From assembly GCA_012735435.1 (NCBI GenBank), contig JAAYHH010000011.1, positions 14,141-78,140 of the forward strand: 64,000 bases of DNA, in the 5' to 3' direction. This stretch comes from Bacillota bacterium (GTDB taxonomy: Bacteria; Bacillota; Limnochordia; DTU087). A program made the translations under genes and the position numbers. Positions 17,120 to 26,017 of this stretch are shown here, one piece after another (position 1 is the first letter of the stretch; every line of letters begins with the position of its first letter). Under the pieces are notes generated by a model that did no database searches, was not told where the DNA came from, and was given only the letters and a program-made list of their open reading frames with translations.

Positions 17120-19852
17120 CTATTTCTCCTTACGCAGGCGAGCTTGCCACTCAACAAGTCGATTGAGAGCTTCAAAGGGCGTCATGTGGGTTAGCTCTGC
17201 TGTTTCGATCTCCCTCAGGATCTCAGCTTCCAAGCTGCTTCCCTCCAGCACGTCCTGTGAAGCTGCCAGCTCTTCCTGAAGCTCCAAGTGGGATGAGCGG
17301 TCTGCAGCCCCCTTTGCTGCCATTTCCTTGCTATTATCAGTTCCACGGTCTTCTTGGTCCGCTCCGGTCAAAAAGAACCCATCCAGTCTCAGCTGCTTGT
17401 ACGGCTGTTCAGGCTCCAGATCCTTTAGAACCGACTTTGCCCTTTCCAAAACGCCCTTGGGAAGTCCAGCCAAGCGGGCAACATGAATACCGTAACTTCG
17501 GTCCGCTGCGCCCTCTGCTACCTTGTAGAGGAAGACGACTTCCTTCCCATCCTCCCAGACTTCCATCCTCAGATTCTTGATCCTGGGTCTAGTCAAAGCC
17601 AGTTTTGCCAGCTCGTGGTAATGGGTTGAAAAAATCGTTCTGGCCTTAGTGACATCGTGGATATATTCAGCAATGGCCTGGGCGAGGGCCATGCCGTCAT
17701 AGGTGGAAGTGCCTCTTCCAAGCTCGTCGATGATAATCAAAGAACGGGGTGTGGCTTGACTGAGAGCGATATTCACTTCACTCATTTCCACCATAAAGGT
17801 ACTTTGTCCGGTACCAAGATCATCGGCTGCCCCTACCCTGGTGAAGATCCGGTCAACAAGGCCGATTTGGGCCTTATCAGCCGGTACAAAGGAGCCCATC
17901 TGAGCCATCAAGGTGATCAAGGCCACCATGCGTAAGTAAGTGCTCTTTCCAGCCATATTGGGACCGGTTAGGATTAGCAGCTGGGCTGTTTCATCATCTA
18001 GATAAACATCATTGGGAACAAACTGACCTTGGGGAAGCATTGCTTCCACCACCGGGTGCCGGCCTGCCTTAATATCGATGGACTTATCCTCCCGGATTTC
18101 CGGCCGGCAGTAGCGGCGCCGTACAGCTACCTCTCCAAGGGCCGCCAGGACATCCAACTGGCTGAGGACCCCTGCCAGACGCAAGAGCCGGGAAGCAGCC
18201 CCGTTTACCTGATCACGGATTTCGAGGAAGAGTTCGTACTCAAGCTGAATAGCCCGTTCCTCAGCTCCCAAGATGAGATTTTCCTTCTCCTTCAGCTCCG
18301 GGGTAATATACCGCTCGGAATTGGCCAGAGTCTGCTTTCGCTGGTAATGGTCAGGGACACTGGCTAGATTAGCCTTGGTCACTTCGATGTAATAGCCGAA
18401 CACTTTATTGAAACCGACCTTTAGGCTCTTAATGCCGGTTCTTTCCCGCTCAGCCGCCTCCAAAGCCGCTATCCAATCCTTGCCTTCCCGGGCGGCGGCC
18501 CGCAGCTGATCCAGCTCCTCGCAGTATCCCGGCCGGATGAGGCCGCCATCCCGCACCACGGCTGGAGGCGAATCCACCAAACTCTTCTGTAAAAGCTCAG
18601 CAAGTTCCGGCAGTGGATCTAGACTTTGGGCTAGTTCCTTCAATCTCGGTGCCTTGGCGGCAGCCACTGTTTGGTTTAGATCGGGGATTTTCAAAAGGGA
18701 CCTGCCCAAAGCCACTAGATCTCGGGGATTGGCGCTGCCGTAGGTTATCCGGCCTACTAGTCTCTCCAGATCGTAGATCCCCGACAGCTGCTCCCTCAGT
18801 CTAGTACGCATGGGGGTATCTTTGACCAATTCTTCAACAGCATCCAGCCGCTCTGTAATCTCCTCTTTATCCAGCCTGGGCTGCAGCACCCACTGGCGAA
18901 GCAGCCTGCCCCCCATAGCGGTGACGGTTTCATCCAGGAGCCAAAGTAAAGACCCTTTGTATTCACCATCCCGCAGTGTCTGGGTCAGCTCTAGATTGCG
19001 GCGGGTGGCCGTTTCCATCAGCATGTAGCTTTCCACCGAGTAAACGTTGACGGTAGTAATATGGCTCAGTACCCGCCTCTGGGTATCATTGAGATAAGAC
19101 AGCAGGGCGCCTCCGGCTCGAACAGCAGCGGCAGCATCGTCTAGACCAAAGGAGCTGAGGGATTTGATCCCGAAATGCCGAAGCAGCACTTCACTGGCGT
19201 AGGCATACCGCCAGCCTCGCTCTTCATATGGAGACAGCGTACAGTCGAGGCGTCTAACCGCCTCAGCTTTCCAGCTGGGCTCAGCATCTAAAGAGGGATC
19301 CAAGAGGCATTCTGCCGGAGCCAAACGTTCCAGCTCGTTCCAGAGCTTGTCCTCTGCCCCTGCACCCTGTATTTCTGTCACGGCAAAGTAGCCGGTAGAA
19401 ACATCCACCACCGCTAACCCGTAATATTTCTGATGGCGGCAGACAGCGGTTAAGTAGTTGTTGGCCTTATCATCCAGGAGTTGAGGTTCAATGACGGTTC
19501 CCGGTGTAACTACTCTCACTACTTCCCGTTTCACTACACCTTTGGCCGTCTTAGGGTCTTCTACCTGTTCGCAGATGGCTACCTTGTAGCCGGCCCGCAC
19601 CAGTGCCGCCAAATATCCTTCCACAGCGTGATAAGGCACACCGCACATGGGCAGCTCTTTTCCTTTTCCCATTTCCCGACTGGTTAAGGCAATATCTAAA
19701 ACCCGGGAACCGATCTCTGCATCGGCACCGAACATTTCATAAAAGTCTCCCAGGCGAAAAAGGAGCAGCGCATCTTGATGCTGCTGCTTGATGGAATAGT
19801 ACTGCCTGAGCATCGGTGTGAGATTCTCCATTGTTATCGGTCCCCCTCCCAA
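17120..19852 (-). CDS. mutS: DNA mismatch repair protein MutS
   Basis: N-terminal mismatch-binding TPMLRQYYSIKQ...LLFRLGDFYEMF. Walker A GPNMAGKST. 4-bp gap to mutL. Confidence 0.95.
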   Translation of the reverse strand: MGGGPITMENLTPMLRQYYSIKQQHQDALLLFRLGDFYEMFGADAEIGSRVLDIALTSREMGKGKELPMCGVPYHAVEGYLAALVRAGYKVAICEQVEDPKTAKGVVKREVVRVVTPGTVIEPQLLDDKANNYLTAVCRHQKYYGLAVVDVSTGYFAVTEIQGAGAEDKLWNELERLAPAECLLDPSLDAEPSWKAEAVRRLDCTLSPYEERGWRYAYASEVLLRHFGIKSLSSFGLDDAAAAVRAGGALLSYLNDTQRRVLSHITTVNVYSVESYMLMETATRRNLELTQTLRDGEYKGSLLWLLDETVTAMGGRLLRQWVLQPRLDKEEITERLDAVEELVKDTPMRTRLREQLSGIYDLERLVGRITYGSANPRDLVALGRSLLKIPDLNQTVAAAKAPRLKELAQSLDPLPELAELLQKSLVDSPPAVVRDGGLIRPGYCEELDQLRAAAREGKDWIAALEAAERERTGIKSLKVGFNKVFGYYIEVTKANLASVPDHYQRKQTLANSERYITPELKEKENLILGAEERAIQLEYELFLEIRDQVNGAASRLLRLAGVLSQLDVLAALGEVAVRRRYCRPEIREDKSIDIKAGRHPVVEAMLPQGQFVPNDVYLDDETAQLLILTGPNMAGKSTYLRMVALITLMAQMGSFVPADKAQIGLVDRIFTRVGAADDLGTGQSTFMVEMSEVNIALSQATPRSLIIIDELGRGTSTYDGMALAQAIAEYIHDVTKARTIFSTHYHELAKLALTRPRIKNLRMEVWEDGKEVVFLYKVAEGAADRSYGIHVARLAGLPKGVLERAKSVLKDLEPEQPYKQLRLDGFFLTGADQEDRGTDNSKEMAAKGAADRSSHLELQEELAASQDVLEGSSLEAEILREIETAELTHMTPFEALNRLVEWQARLRKEK

Positions 19853-20038
19853 GATAGTGCTTCTGCAACGGTTCTGACGGCTCCTGCCCCGCTGAGCCGG
19901 CTTGCAGCAAAGAAAAATGCCTTGAGAGTTAATGTCTCAAGGCCGGTTTATCACTGTATGGGCCTTTCGTGGCCTTTAAGATACTGTAATCCTTCGGTGC
20001 TCAAGAGAGGCATCGTCAGCAGTCAGGGCTGCGCCCCT

Positions 20039-20458
20039 TTAGTCGGAAATATCGGGCTCCCGGCCACTATGGATATAGGCAGCCTCCTCGATCCAGTAAG
20101 GGGTCTGTTCGATGATCCCATAAATCTCTTCCTCCTGAGCCCGGTCCAAGGGTTGGGTCAGGTTAGGCAGGGACAGGAACTTAACGGCGTCAATGCTGCA
20201 GAAAACTGCTTCACTGGTAATCTCTGTGACTGCATTGGCAGGTACCGGTACGTGGCGGCCGCTCTTGATGTCATAGACGATCAGGTAGCGGATGGTGTAC
20301 ATCTCAGGCTCTACAAGCTGGCGGACTATGCGCCCGCAGGGGATCTGATCCCGGCTTACAAGCTCCAGCTGCCATATTTCTCGATTGCCTACCTCCAACA
20401 GTGTCCCAGCCGGGACGACGCCTCCAGCTATATCCTTTGCCCCCTGCCGCTTCTCCAT
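20039..20458 (-). CDS. hypothetical protein, PRC-barrel-like
   Basis: 139 aa. Occupies the cotE position between mutS and miaB but shows no CotE similarity. Weak PRC-barrel-like pattern (YDIKSGRHVPVPANAV). Confidence 0.35.
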   Translation of the reverse strand: MEKRQGAKDIAGGVVPAGTLLEVGNREIWQLELVSRDQIPCGRIVRQLVEPEMYTIRYLIVYDIKSGRHVPVPANAVTEITSEAVFCSIDAVKFLSLPNLTQPLDRAQEEEIYGIIEQTPYWIEEAAYIHSGREPDISD

Positions 20459-20487
20459 AGACTGTGCCTCCCTGCCTCAATACCTTC

Positions 20488-21813
20488 CTAGACCAGCTCA
20501 CCCACTAGACTCCAGGTTTGGGCTTCAGTGATCTTCACTCTAACCAGCTCCCCGGTTAAATCTTGACTGCCGGTAAACAGCACGGTTTTAGCTGTCCTGG
20601 TCTTGCCTGTCAGCATCTGGGCATCGCCCTTGCTTGTACCTTCCACCAGGACTTCCACTTCACTTCCCACCAGTGCTTGATTCCGCTCCAGGCTGATCTT
20701 GTTCTGGAGGTCTATCAGCTGGTAAATTCTCTCTTTCTTAACTTCCTCCGGCACCTGATCCGGCATATCTGTCGCCGGTGTACCCTTCCGGGGAGAATAG
20801 ATGAAGGTGAAGGCCGAATCAAATCCTACTTTCTCCACCAAGGAGAGGGTGTCGGCGAAATCGGCATCGGATTCACCGGGAAAACCAACCATGATGTCGG
20901 TAGTCAAGCTGATTCCCGGCACCTCTTGCCGTACCTTCTCTACTATTTCCAGATAATATTCCCGGGTATACCTCCTATTCATGCGCCGCAGCACATTGTT
21001 GCTTCCCGCCTGAACAGGAAGGTGAAGATGCTCGCATACCTTCTCCAAGCGGCCGAGCTGCTGGATCAGTTTGCCACTGATATCCTTGGGATGGGATGTG
21101 GTAAAGCGGATCCGTTGGATGCCTGGGACCCCATTAACCAGCTCCAAAAGATCGGCAAAATCGGTGTCGGACTGCAGATCCTTTCCATAGGAGTTCACAT
21201 TCTGACCCAACAGAGTTACCTCTTTAACGCCCCTAGCGGCCAGGCTCCGGATCTCATCCAAGATGGCCTCGGGGGTACGGCTGCGCTCCCTGCCACGGAC
21301 ATAGGGCACAATGCAGTAAGAGCAGAAGTTGTTGCATCCATGCATGATGGTGACAAAGGCCTTGAAATCGTTGTCCCGGAGCGCCGGTAGACCCTCAATT
21401 GGCTCGCCGGCGTCATCGAGAATCTCAACTACCCGTTCACCAGTTGTACATATCCTATGCAAGAGCTCCGGCAGCCGATGAATATTGTGGGTGCCAAAAA
21501 ACAGGTCCACATGGGGAAGACGCTCCAGCATCACCGGCAGTTCCTCTTTCTGCTGGGGCATGCAGCCGCAAATTCCGATGATCAGCCCAGGATTCTTATC
21601 CTTGAGCTCCTGCAGCTGGCCGACCTGTCCGTAGACCTTTCTCTCTGGGTTCTCCCTGACGCAGCAGGTATTGTATAAAATGAGATCGGCATCCTCCGGG
21701 CTGTCTGTAAAGCTGTAACCCTCTTGCTGAAGCAGCCCCCGGATGGTCTCAGTGTCCCGTTCGTTCATCTGGCAGCCAAAGGTACGAATATAGGCTAGGC
21801 GTTTTTCTACCAT
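20488..21813 (-). CDS. miaB: tRNA-i6A37 methylthiotransferase MiaB
   Basis: MTTase N-terminal domain (YIRTFGCQMNERDTE). Radical-SAM CSYCIVP. C-terminal TRAM domain. Start taken at MVEKRLAYI. Confidence 0.9.
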   Translation of the reverse strand: MVEKRLAYIRTFGCQMNERDTETIRGLLQQEGYSFTDSPEDADLILYNTCCVRENPERKVYGQVGQLQELKDKNPGLIIGICGCMPQQKEELPVMLERLPHVDLFFGTHNIHRLPELLHRICTTGERVVEILDDAGEPIEGLPALRDNDFKAFVTIMHGCNNFCSYCIVPYVRGRERSRTPEAILDEIRSLAARGVKEVTLLGQNVNSYGKDLQSDTDFADLLELVNGVPGIQRIRFTTSHPKDISGKLIQQLGRLEKVCEHLHLPVQAGSNNVLRRMNRRYTREYYLEIVEKVRQEVPGISLTTDIMVGFPGESDADFADTLSLVEKVGFDSAFTFIYSPRKGTPATDMPDQVPEEVKKERIYQLIDLQNKISLERNQALVGSEVEVLVEGTSKGDAQMLTGKTRTAKTVLFTGSQDLTGELVRVKITEAQTWSLVGELV

Positions 21814-21968
21814 AGGCAATCGCCGCAGGAAAGCAGCACACTCTCCTTTCCAAACAACATCATAAGACACCAAGGCAGCAGGCTAGACGAGAGGTCTTCA
21901 CCCTCAAGTCTCCAGCTGCCCTTAGCTTGTCCACTTGTCTACACAGGTATCTGAATTGCCGTTACTCC

Positions 21969-22709
21969 CTAATGATATTGATGCTTTACTTCATCTAACG
22001 CATCGTCATGGTAGGAAGTCTCAGGATCGGCATCTAAGTGATCCACCCTTTGACCCGTCACCATGAACATAACCCGTTCAGCGATGTTGGTTGCATGGTC
22101 GGCAATTCGCTCCAAGTATCTAGCCACAAGCAGCAAATTAATGGCCTGACGGGAAACCTGGTCGCTCCTTCCCTCGAGAACAATACCGATTAATTCATCA
22201 AAAAGCTGCGAGTACATTTCATCAATTGGATCGTCTGCCTGTCTTACAGCTTCCGCCAACTCGAGGTCCCGGTCTACAAAACAAGTCAGGCTGTCTCTAA
22301 CCATGGCCTTGGTCTTTTCAGCCATGATGGGAATATCGATGAGAGGCTTGATCAGAGGCTCCTCCCCAATTCGCAAAGTCAGTTCAGCAATGTTGCAGGC
22401 GTTGTCTCCAATTCTTTCCACATCGGTGGTGATCTGAAAGATTGCCACTACAGTTCGCAAGTCTGAGGCCAAAGGCTGCTGCAAAGCGATTAGGCGCATG
22501 CAGCGCTCCTCTATATCGATCTGCATTTCGTCTACAATGTCGTCCTTCTCCAGCACAGACTGAGCCCCGGCCAAATTCTGAGTACTTAGATAGTGAACAG
22601 CCTCGTGGATCTGCTTTTCTACCAAACTGCCCATCTTGAGCATTTCCGCTTGGATACTTTGTAATTCCCTATGGAAACCTTCCCTTGTCACGTCGAAAGC
22701 CCCCTCCAT
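21969..22709 (-). CDS. phoU: phosphate signalling complex protein PhoU
   Basis: Duplicated PhoU repeats with ERIGDNACNIAE and ERIADHATNIAE. Confidence 0.9.
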   Translation of the reverse strand: MEGAFDVTREGFHRELQSIQAEMLKMGSLVEKQIHEAVHYLSTQNLAGAQSVLEKDDIVDEMQIDIEERCMRLIALQQPLASDLRTVVAIFQITTDVERIGDNACNIAELTLRIGEEPLIKPLIDIPIMAEKTKAMVRDSLTCFVDRDLELAEAVRQADDPIDEMYSQLFDELIGIVLEGRSDQVSRQAINLLLVARYLERIADHATNIAERVMFMVTGQRVDHLDADPETSYHDDALDEVKHQYH

Positions 22710-22723
22710 TTGCTGGAGTCAGT

Positions 22724-23491
22724 CTAACTGAATCTACCAGTGATATAGTCTTCGGTGCGTTTATCCTTGGGCCGTGCAAAAACATCTGAAGTAGGGCCGA
22801 ATTCAACTAAAAACCCTTCCGACAGAAAGGCTATGTAATCGGAAACTCTACCAGCCTGCTGCATGCTGTTGGTAGCCAAAACCAAAGTGTACTCCTGCTT
22901 TAGTTCCAGGATCAGGTCCTCAATTTTCGCTGCCGACACAGGATCGAGGTTATAAGCAGGGTCGTCGATTAGCAGGACCTCAGGCTGTACAGCGAGGGCA
23001 CGGGCAATGCACAGCCTGGCCTTTTGACCCGGGGATAGGTTGAGGGCAAATTCCTGCAGCCTGCCTTTCACCTCATTCCACAGGCCCGCCTGTTTTAGGC
23101 TCCGCTTAACTATTTCATCCAGCTCCCGTCTATCCCTAACCCCGTGGAGCCGGGGGCCATATGCTACGTTTTCGAAGATGCTCTTAGGAAACGGAGAAGG
23201 ATGGCGGGCAATTAACCCTACCCGGCGCCTTACCTCTGTCACATCAGCATCGGGTCCGTAGATGTCATGGCCATCTAGCAGCACTTGTCCTTCTGTTCTA
23301 ACATTATCCCAAAGCTCATTCATGCGGCAAAGGGATCGCAGCAAACTGGACTTGCCTGCCCCGCTGCCGCCAATGACAGCGGTGGCCGCCCCGGAGGGAA
23401 TGTTCAAACTGATGGAGGACAGGGCCTGGAAGTCGCCATAATATACACTCAGATTCCGCACTACCAGCTTAGGGTGTCGCACTAGTACCAT
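22724..23491 (-). CDS. pstB: phosphate ABC transporter ATP-binding protein PstB
   Basis: Walker A GGSGAGKSS, ABC signature LSPGQKARL, Walker B LLIDDP. Confidence 0.9.
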   Translation of the reverse strand: MVLVRHPKLVVRNLSVYYGDFQALSSISLNIPSGAATAVIGGSGAGKSSLLRSLCRMNELWDNVRTEGQVLLDGHDIYGPDADVTEVRRRVGLIARHPSPFPKSIFENVAYGPRLHGVRDRRELDEIVKRSLKQAGLWNEVKGRLQEFALNLSPGQKARLCIARALAVQPEVLLIDDPAYNLDPVSAAKIEDLILELKQEYTLVLATNSMQQAGRVSDYIAFLSEGFLVEFGPTSDVFARPKDKRTEDYITGRFS

Positions 23492-24351
23492 CTACCTCTT
23501 TCTCGTTCATGAACACTGCCAGCCAAAGAATCTCCAGTCCTTTTCAACCTAAGGGCTGCCCCCTGAAGACAGACGGATGTCAGTACCAGCAGCAGAGCAG
23601 TCCCAAAATGGTGTGGACTGGCCACTTCACCAGATTCAACTACCGACCGATACAAGTGGTACGGCAATGTGGATAGGGATTGGCCGTGAAAGCTCGGCCA
23701 AGCAGCTGCGATCATGATCACAGGCGCTGTTTCGCCGCCTACCCGGGCCATTCCCCCCAAAGCTTCCGCGGCTAAGAAGCGTCCGGCACAGGGCATCAGT
23801 GCCCCCCAGGTGGTCTGCCAACGAGAGCCGCCGAGGGCCAGACTGTCTCTGCGAAAAGAAACCGGTACCTCCTTTAGGGCCGAGTATGTCACAGAGACCA
23901 ACTGCGGCAGCAGCCATACCGCCGATGTCAATAGAAAGATCAGTGTCTGTTTCCCTTCTCCGAAGTATGGTGCAAGGGCACCCCAGCCAAATAAACCGTA
24001 TACTATGGGGGGCATCTCTGCAAGGCCTCCGACAGCGGCGAGCATCCACTGCTTCAGACGATTTTCCCTCGCGTATTCGCTCAAGTACACTCCAGCCCCT
24101 ATTGCGAGGGGCAATGCTAAGAGGGCTCCTCCAAACAACAGGGATAAAGTGCGGAACCAGAGGGGCAGCAGTATATTATCGGTCTCAGCAAAAGCACCGT
24201 CTCTGAAAAACCTGACTAGCGGACCGAACCCCCTGAAGACTAGGTATCCTACATAAAAGATCAAAATCCCTGCTGCTAACCAAGAGATCAGTATAATTGA
24301 TGAGTAAATGATTCCACCAGTATATGTCTGGGGGCTGTGCCTGTCTCTCAT
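23482..24351 (-). CDS. pstA: phosphate ABC transporter permease PstA
   Basis: Six-TM permease with an EAA-like loop. 10-bp overlap with pstB. Confidence 0.85.
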   Translation of the reverse strand: MRDRHSPQTYTGGIIYSSIILISWLAAGILIFYVGYLVFRGFGPLVRFFRDGAFAETDNILLPLWFRTLSLLFGGALLALPLAIGAGVYLSEYARENRLKQWMLAAVGGLAEMPPIVYGLFGWGALAPYFGEGKQTLIFLLTSAVWLLPQLVSVTYSALKEVPVSFRRDSLALGGSRWQTTWGALMPCAGRFLAAEALGGMARVGGETAPVIMIAAAWPSFHGQSLSTLPYHLYRSVVESGEVASPHHFGTALLLVLTSVCLQGAALRLKRTGDSLAGSVHERERGRWY

Positions 24352-25235
24352 TCTTGTACCCTCCAGTGACTCTGCATGAAGCGGCGGCCTAGGCTGGAAA
24401 TAGCCAGGGATAAGATCATAATCAACATGGCCATGGGAAAGAGTTCGGAATGGTGCCAGCCCAGCTCTGCTCCCATTACAATCGCCGTCGGCACGGTAAA
24501 CAGCCTGTGGTCCTGACTTGCCGTTAAGCTGCTTCTGGCAGCTGCTTGCCAGAGCATCAGGACGATAGCAGTATCCCCCATGGTTCTGCCCAAACCGAAA
24601 AATCCCGCAGCAGCAATACTGGATCTAGCCGCGGGATAGACAGTATAAACTATAGTCTGCCAACGGCTTGCACCTAGTGCGTAGGATGAAGCCCTTAGAG
24701 ATGGCGAAATTCGCCTGAAATGCTCGATCAAGAAGGATGCAAGAGAGGGATAAACCATCAGTGCCAGAAGAAGGGAAGCAGCTGGATATAGCCTTAGTGG
24801 GGATGTTCCTTGAGAAGACTCATAGTAACCGAGCCAAACCAGCCCGATAAATCCAATAACCACCGAAGGAACTGCGGATAACACTTTTATGGTAGTCCAG
24901 AACATCTTCGCCGGTTTGGAAGGTGCCAATTCGGTTATATATAAAGCAGAAAGAAGGCCGACGGGTAAGGCGACTACCACCGCTCCTGCGGCAATTACTA
25001 GAGAATTAACTACTGCCGTCAAAATCAAATCCAAATCCAGGTCCACCAAGAGTACGGAGCGAACGGCTCCTATGACTACAAAAATCACCACAGCAGCCAA
25101 CACCACGAGGGTTGCTGCGGTTGCTAGCTTAAGAATCGTCTCTGGGCCAAAACGAAATGTCTGACCAGTACTTGCCAGTTTCTCCTTGGTGCTTTCAATA
25201 CCCATGCTGACTCTATTCATACTGTCAGGGCACAA
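24348..25235 (-). CDS. pstC: phosphate ABC transporter permease PstC
   Basis: Permease with an EAA-like motif (ASSYALGASRWQTI). 4-bp overlap with pstA. Confidence 0.85.
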   Translation of the reverse strand: MCPDSMNRVSMGIESTKEKLASTGQTFRFGPETILKLATAATLVVLAAVVIFVVIGAVRSVLLVDLDLDLILTAVVNSLVIAAGAVVVALPVGLLSALYITELAPSKPAKMFWTTIKVLSAVPSVVIGFIGLVWLGYYESSQGTSPLRLYPAASLLLALMVYPSLASFLIEHFRRISPSLRASSYALGASRWQTIVYTVYPAARSSIAAAGFFGLGRTMGDTAIVLMLWQAAARSSLTASQDHRLFTVPTAIVMGAELGWHHSELFPMAMLIMILSLAISSLGRRFMQSHWRVQE

Positions 25236-25588
25236 ACCCAGGGGAGGTTACTGGGTCACGCCATGCCTCCTCTCGGGCCTACAGCAGCCGGGTTGGTAAG
25301 TAATCCAGCTGATATTAGCGGTCTATTGGAACCTGGCATTAGCTGCATAACTCTCAACAGTTAAAGGTGGCCCCCTACCTCACCAAAGGCCACTTACCTA
25401 CACTATTTAATTTTACCATGTTGGTGTTACCTGATTGTTACAAGCGTGCTAACTTCTCGTAACGGGGCAGTCGCCACTTCCATTCCATTTGGTTCAGGTT
25501 CCGTAAAATACATTCGCTTCTACCCCATCAAGGACCTGCCAAGATTTCCCCGAAGCAGGACTGGAAAATGGTTAACGGGCAGGCAATA

Positions 25589-25617
25589 TTGACAATTGTG
25601 GCCAGTCATGGTATATT
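25589..25617 (+). promoter_or_regulatory. strong sigma-A-type promoter
   Basis: TTGACA at 25589-25594, a 17-nt spacer, then TGgTATATT extended -10 ending at 25617. It drives the small plus-strand gene below. Confidence 0.6.
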
Positions 25618-25716
25618 AAAGATGAAAATAACGTGTATACAGGATACATGATGTGTAAGCGTTTGTAGGCGTTCGGATAGATGTCGGCGGGTAGATACTT
25701 TGAAAGGAGTGATCCC

Positions 25717-25887
25717 TTGATAATCTCTGTCGGCAACCGGGAGATTACTATCAAGGTCCGCGAACAGTCAAGACCGGAAATCGCGGAGAGAGTGTACCGT
25801 CAGCTCCTTAGGGAGAGAGAAGTTCAGAAGGATCGGGATGCTGCCTACGCCCGTCTGTTGTTTGGTCAGGGGATTCACTTAAACTAG
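25717..25887 (+). CDS. small charged hypothetical protein, about 57 aa
   Basis: RBS AAAGGAG lies 7 nt upstream of a TTG start. The only ATG in frame (25681) has no RBS. The ORF ends TAG at 25887, is followed by a perfect 12-bp-stem terminator, and is a lone plus-strand unit among minus-strand genes. Confidence 0.45.
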   Translation: MIISVGNREITIKVREQSRPEIAERVYRQLLREREVQKDRDAAYARLLFGQGIHLN

Positions 25888-25917
25888 ACCACTGCAAGCG
25901 TAACAGTATGAAAAAGC

Positions 25918-25975
25918 AAACTGCGATGCTATACCACTCAAGGTACAAGGCATCGCAGTTTGTTTATTCTTTATG
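25918..25975 (+). terminator. rho-independent terminator
   Basis: AAACTGCGATGC ... GCATCGCAGTTT gives a perfect 12-bp stem with a 20-nt loop, followed by GTTTATTCTTTAT. Confidence 0.7.
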
Positions 25976-26017
25976 CAGCAAAAAGATTTCCAAGCTAGGT
26001 ATATGCACTCAGGCTAT

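Noticed and set aside
20039-20458. CotE at the mutS-miaB position
   Set aside because: The ORF at the position where B. subtilis has cotE shows no similarity to CotE. It is kept as hypothetical.
20563-21390. 275-aa plus-strand ORF overlapping miaB
   Set aside because: It is entirely antisense to the radical-SAM MiaB gene and has no motif or ribosome-binding site. Shadow ORF.
23714-24256. 180-aa plus-strand ORF over pstA
   Set aside because: Antisense to a permease gene and highly basic or low-complexity.
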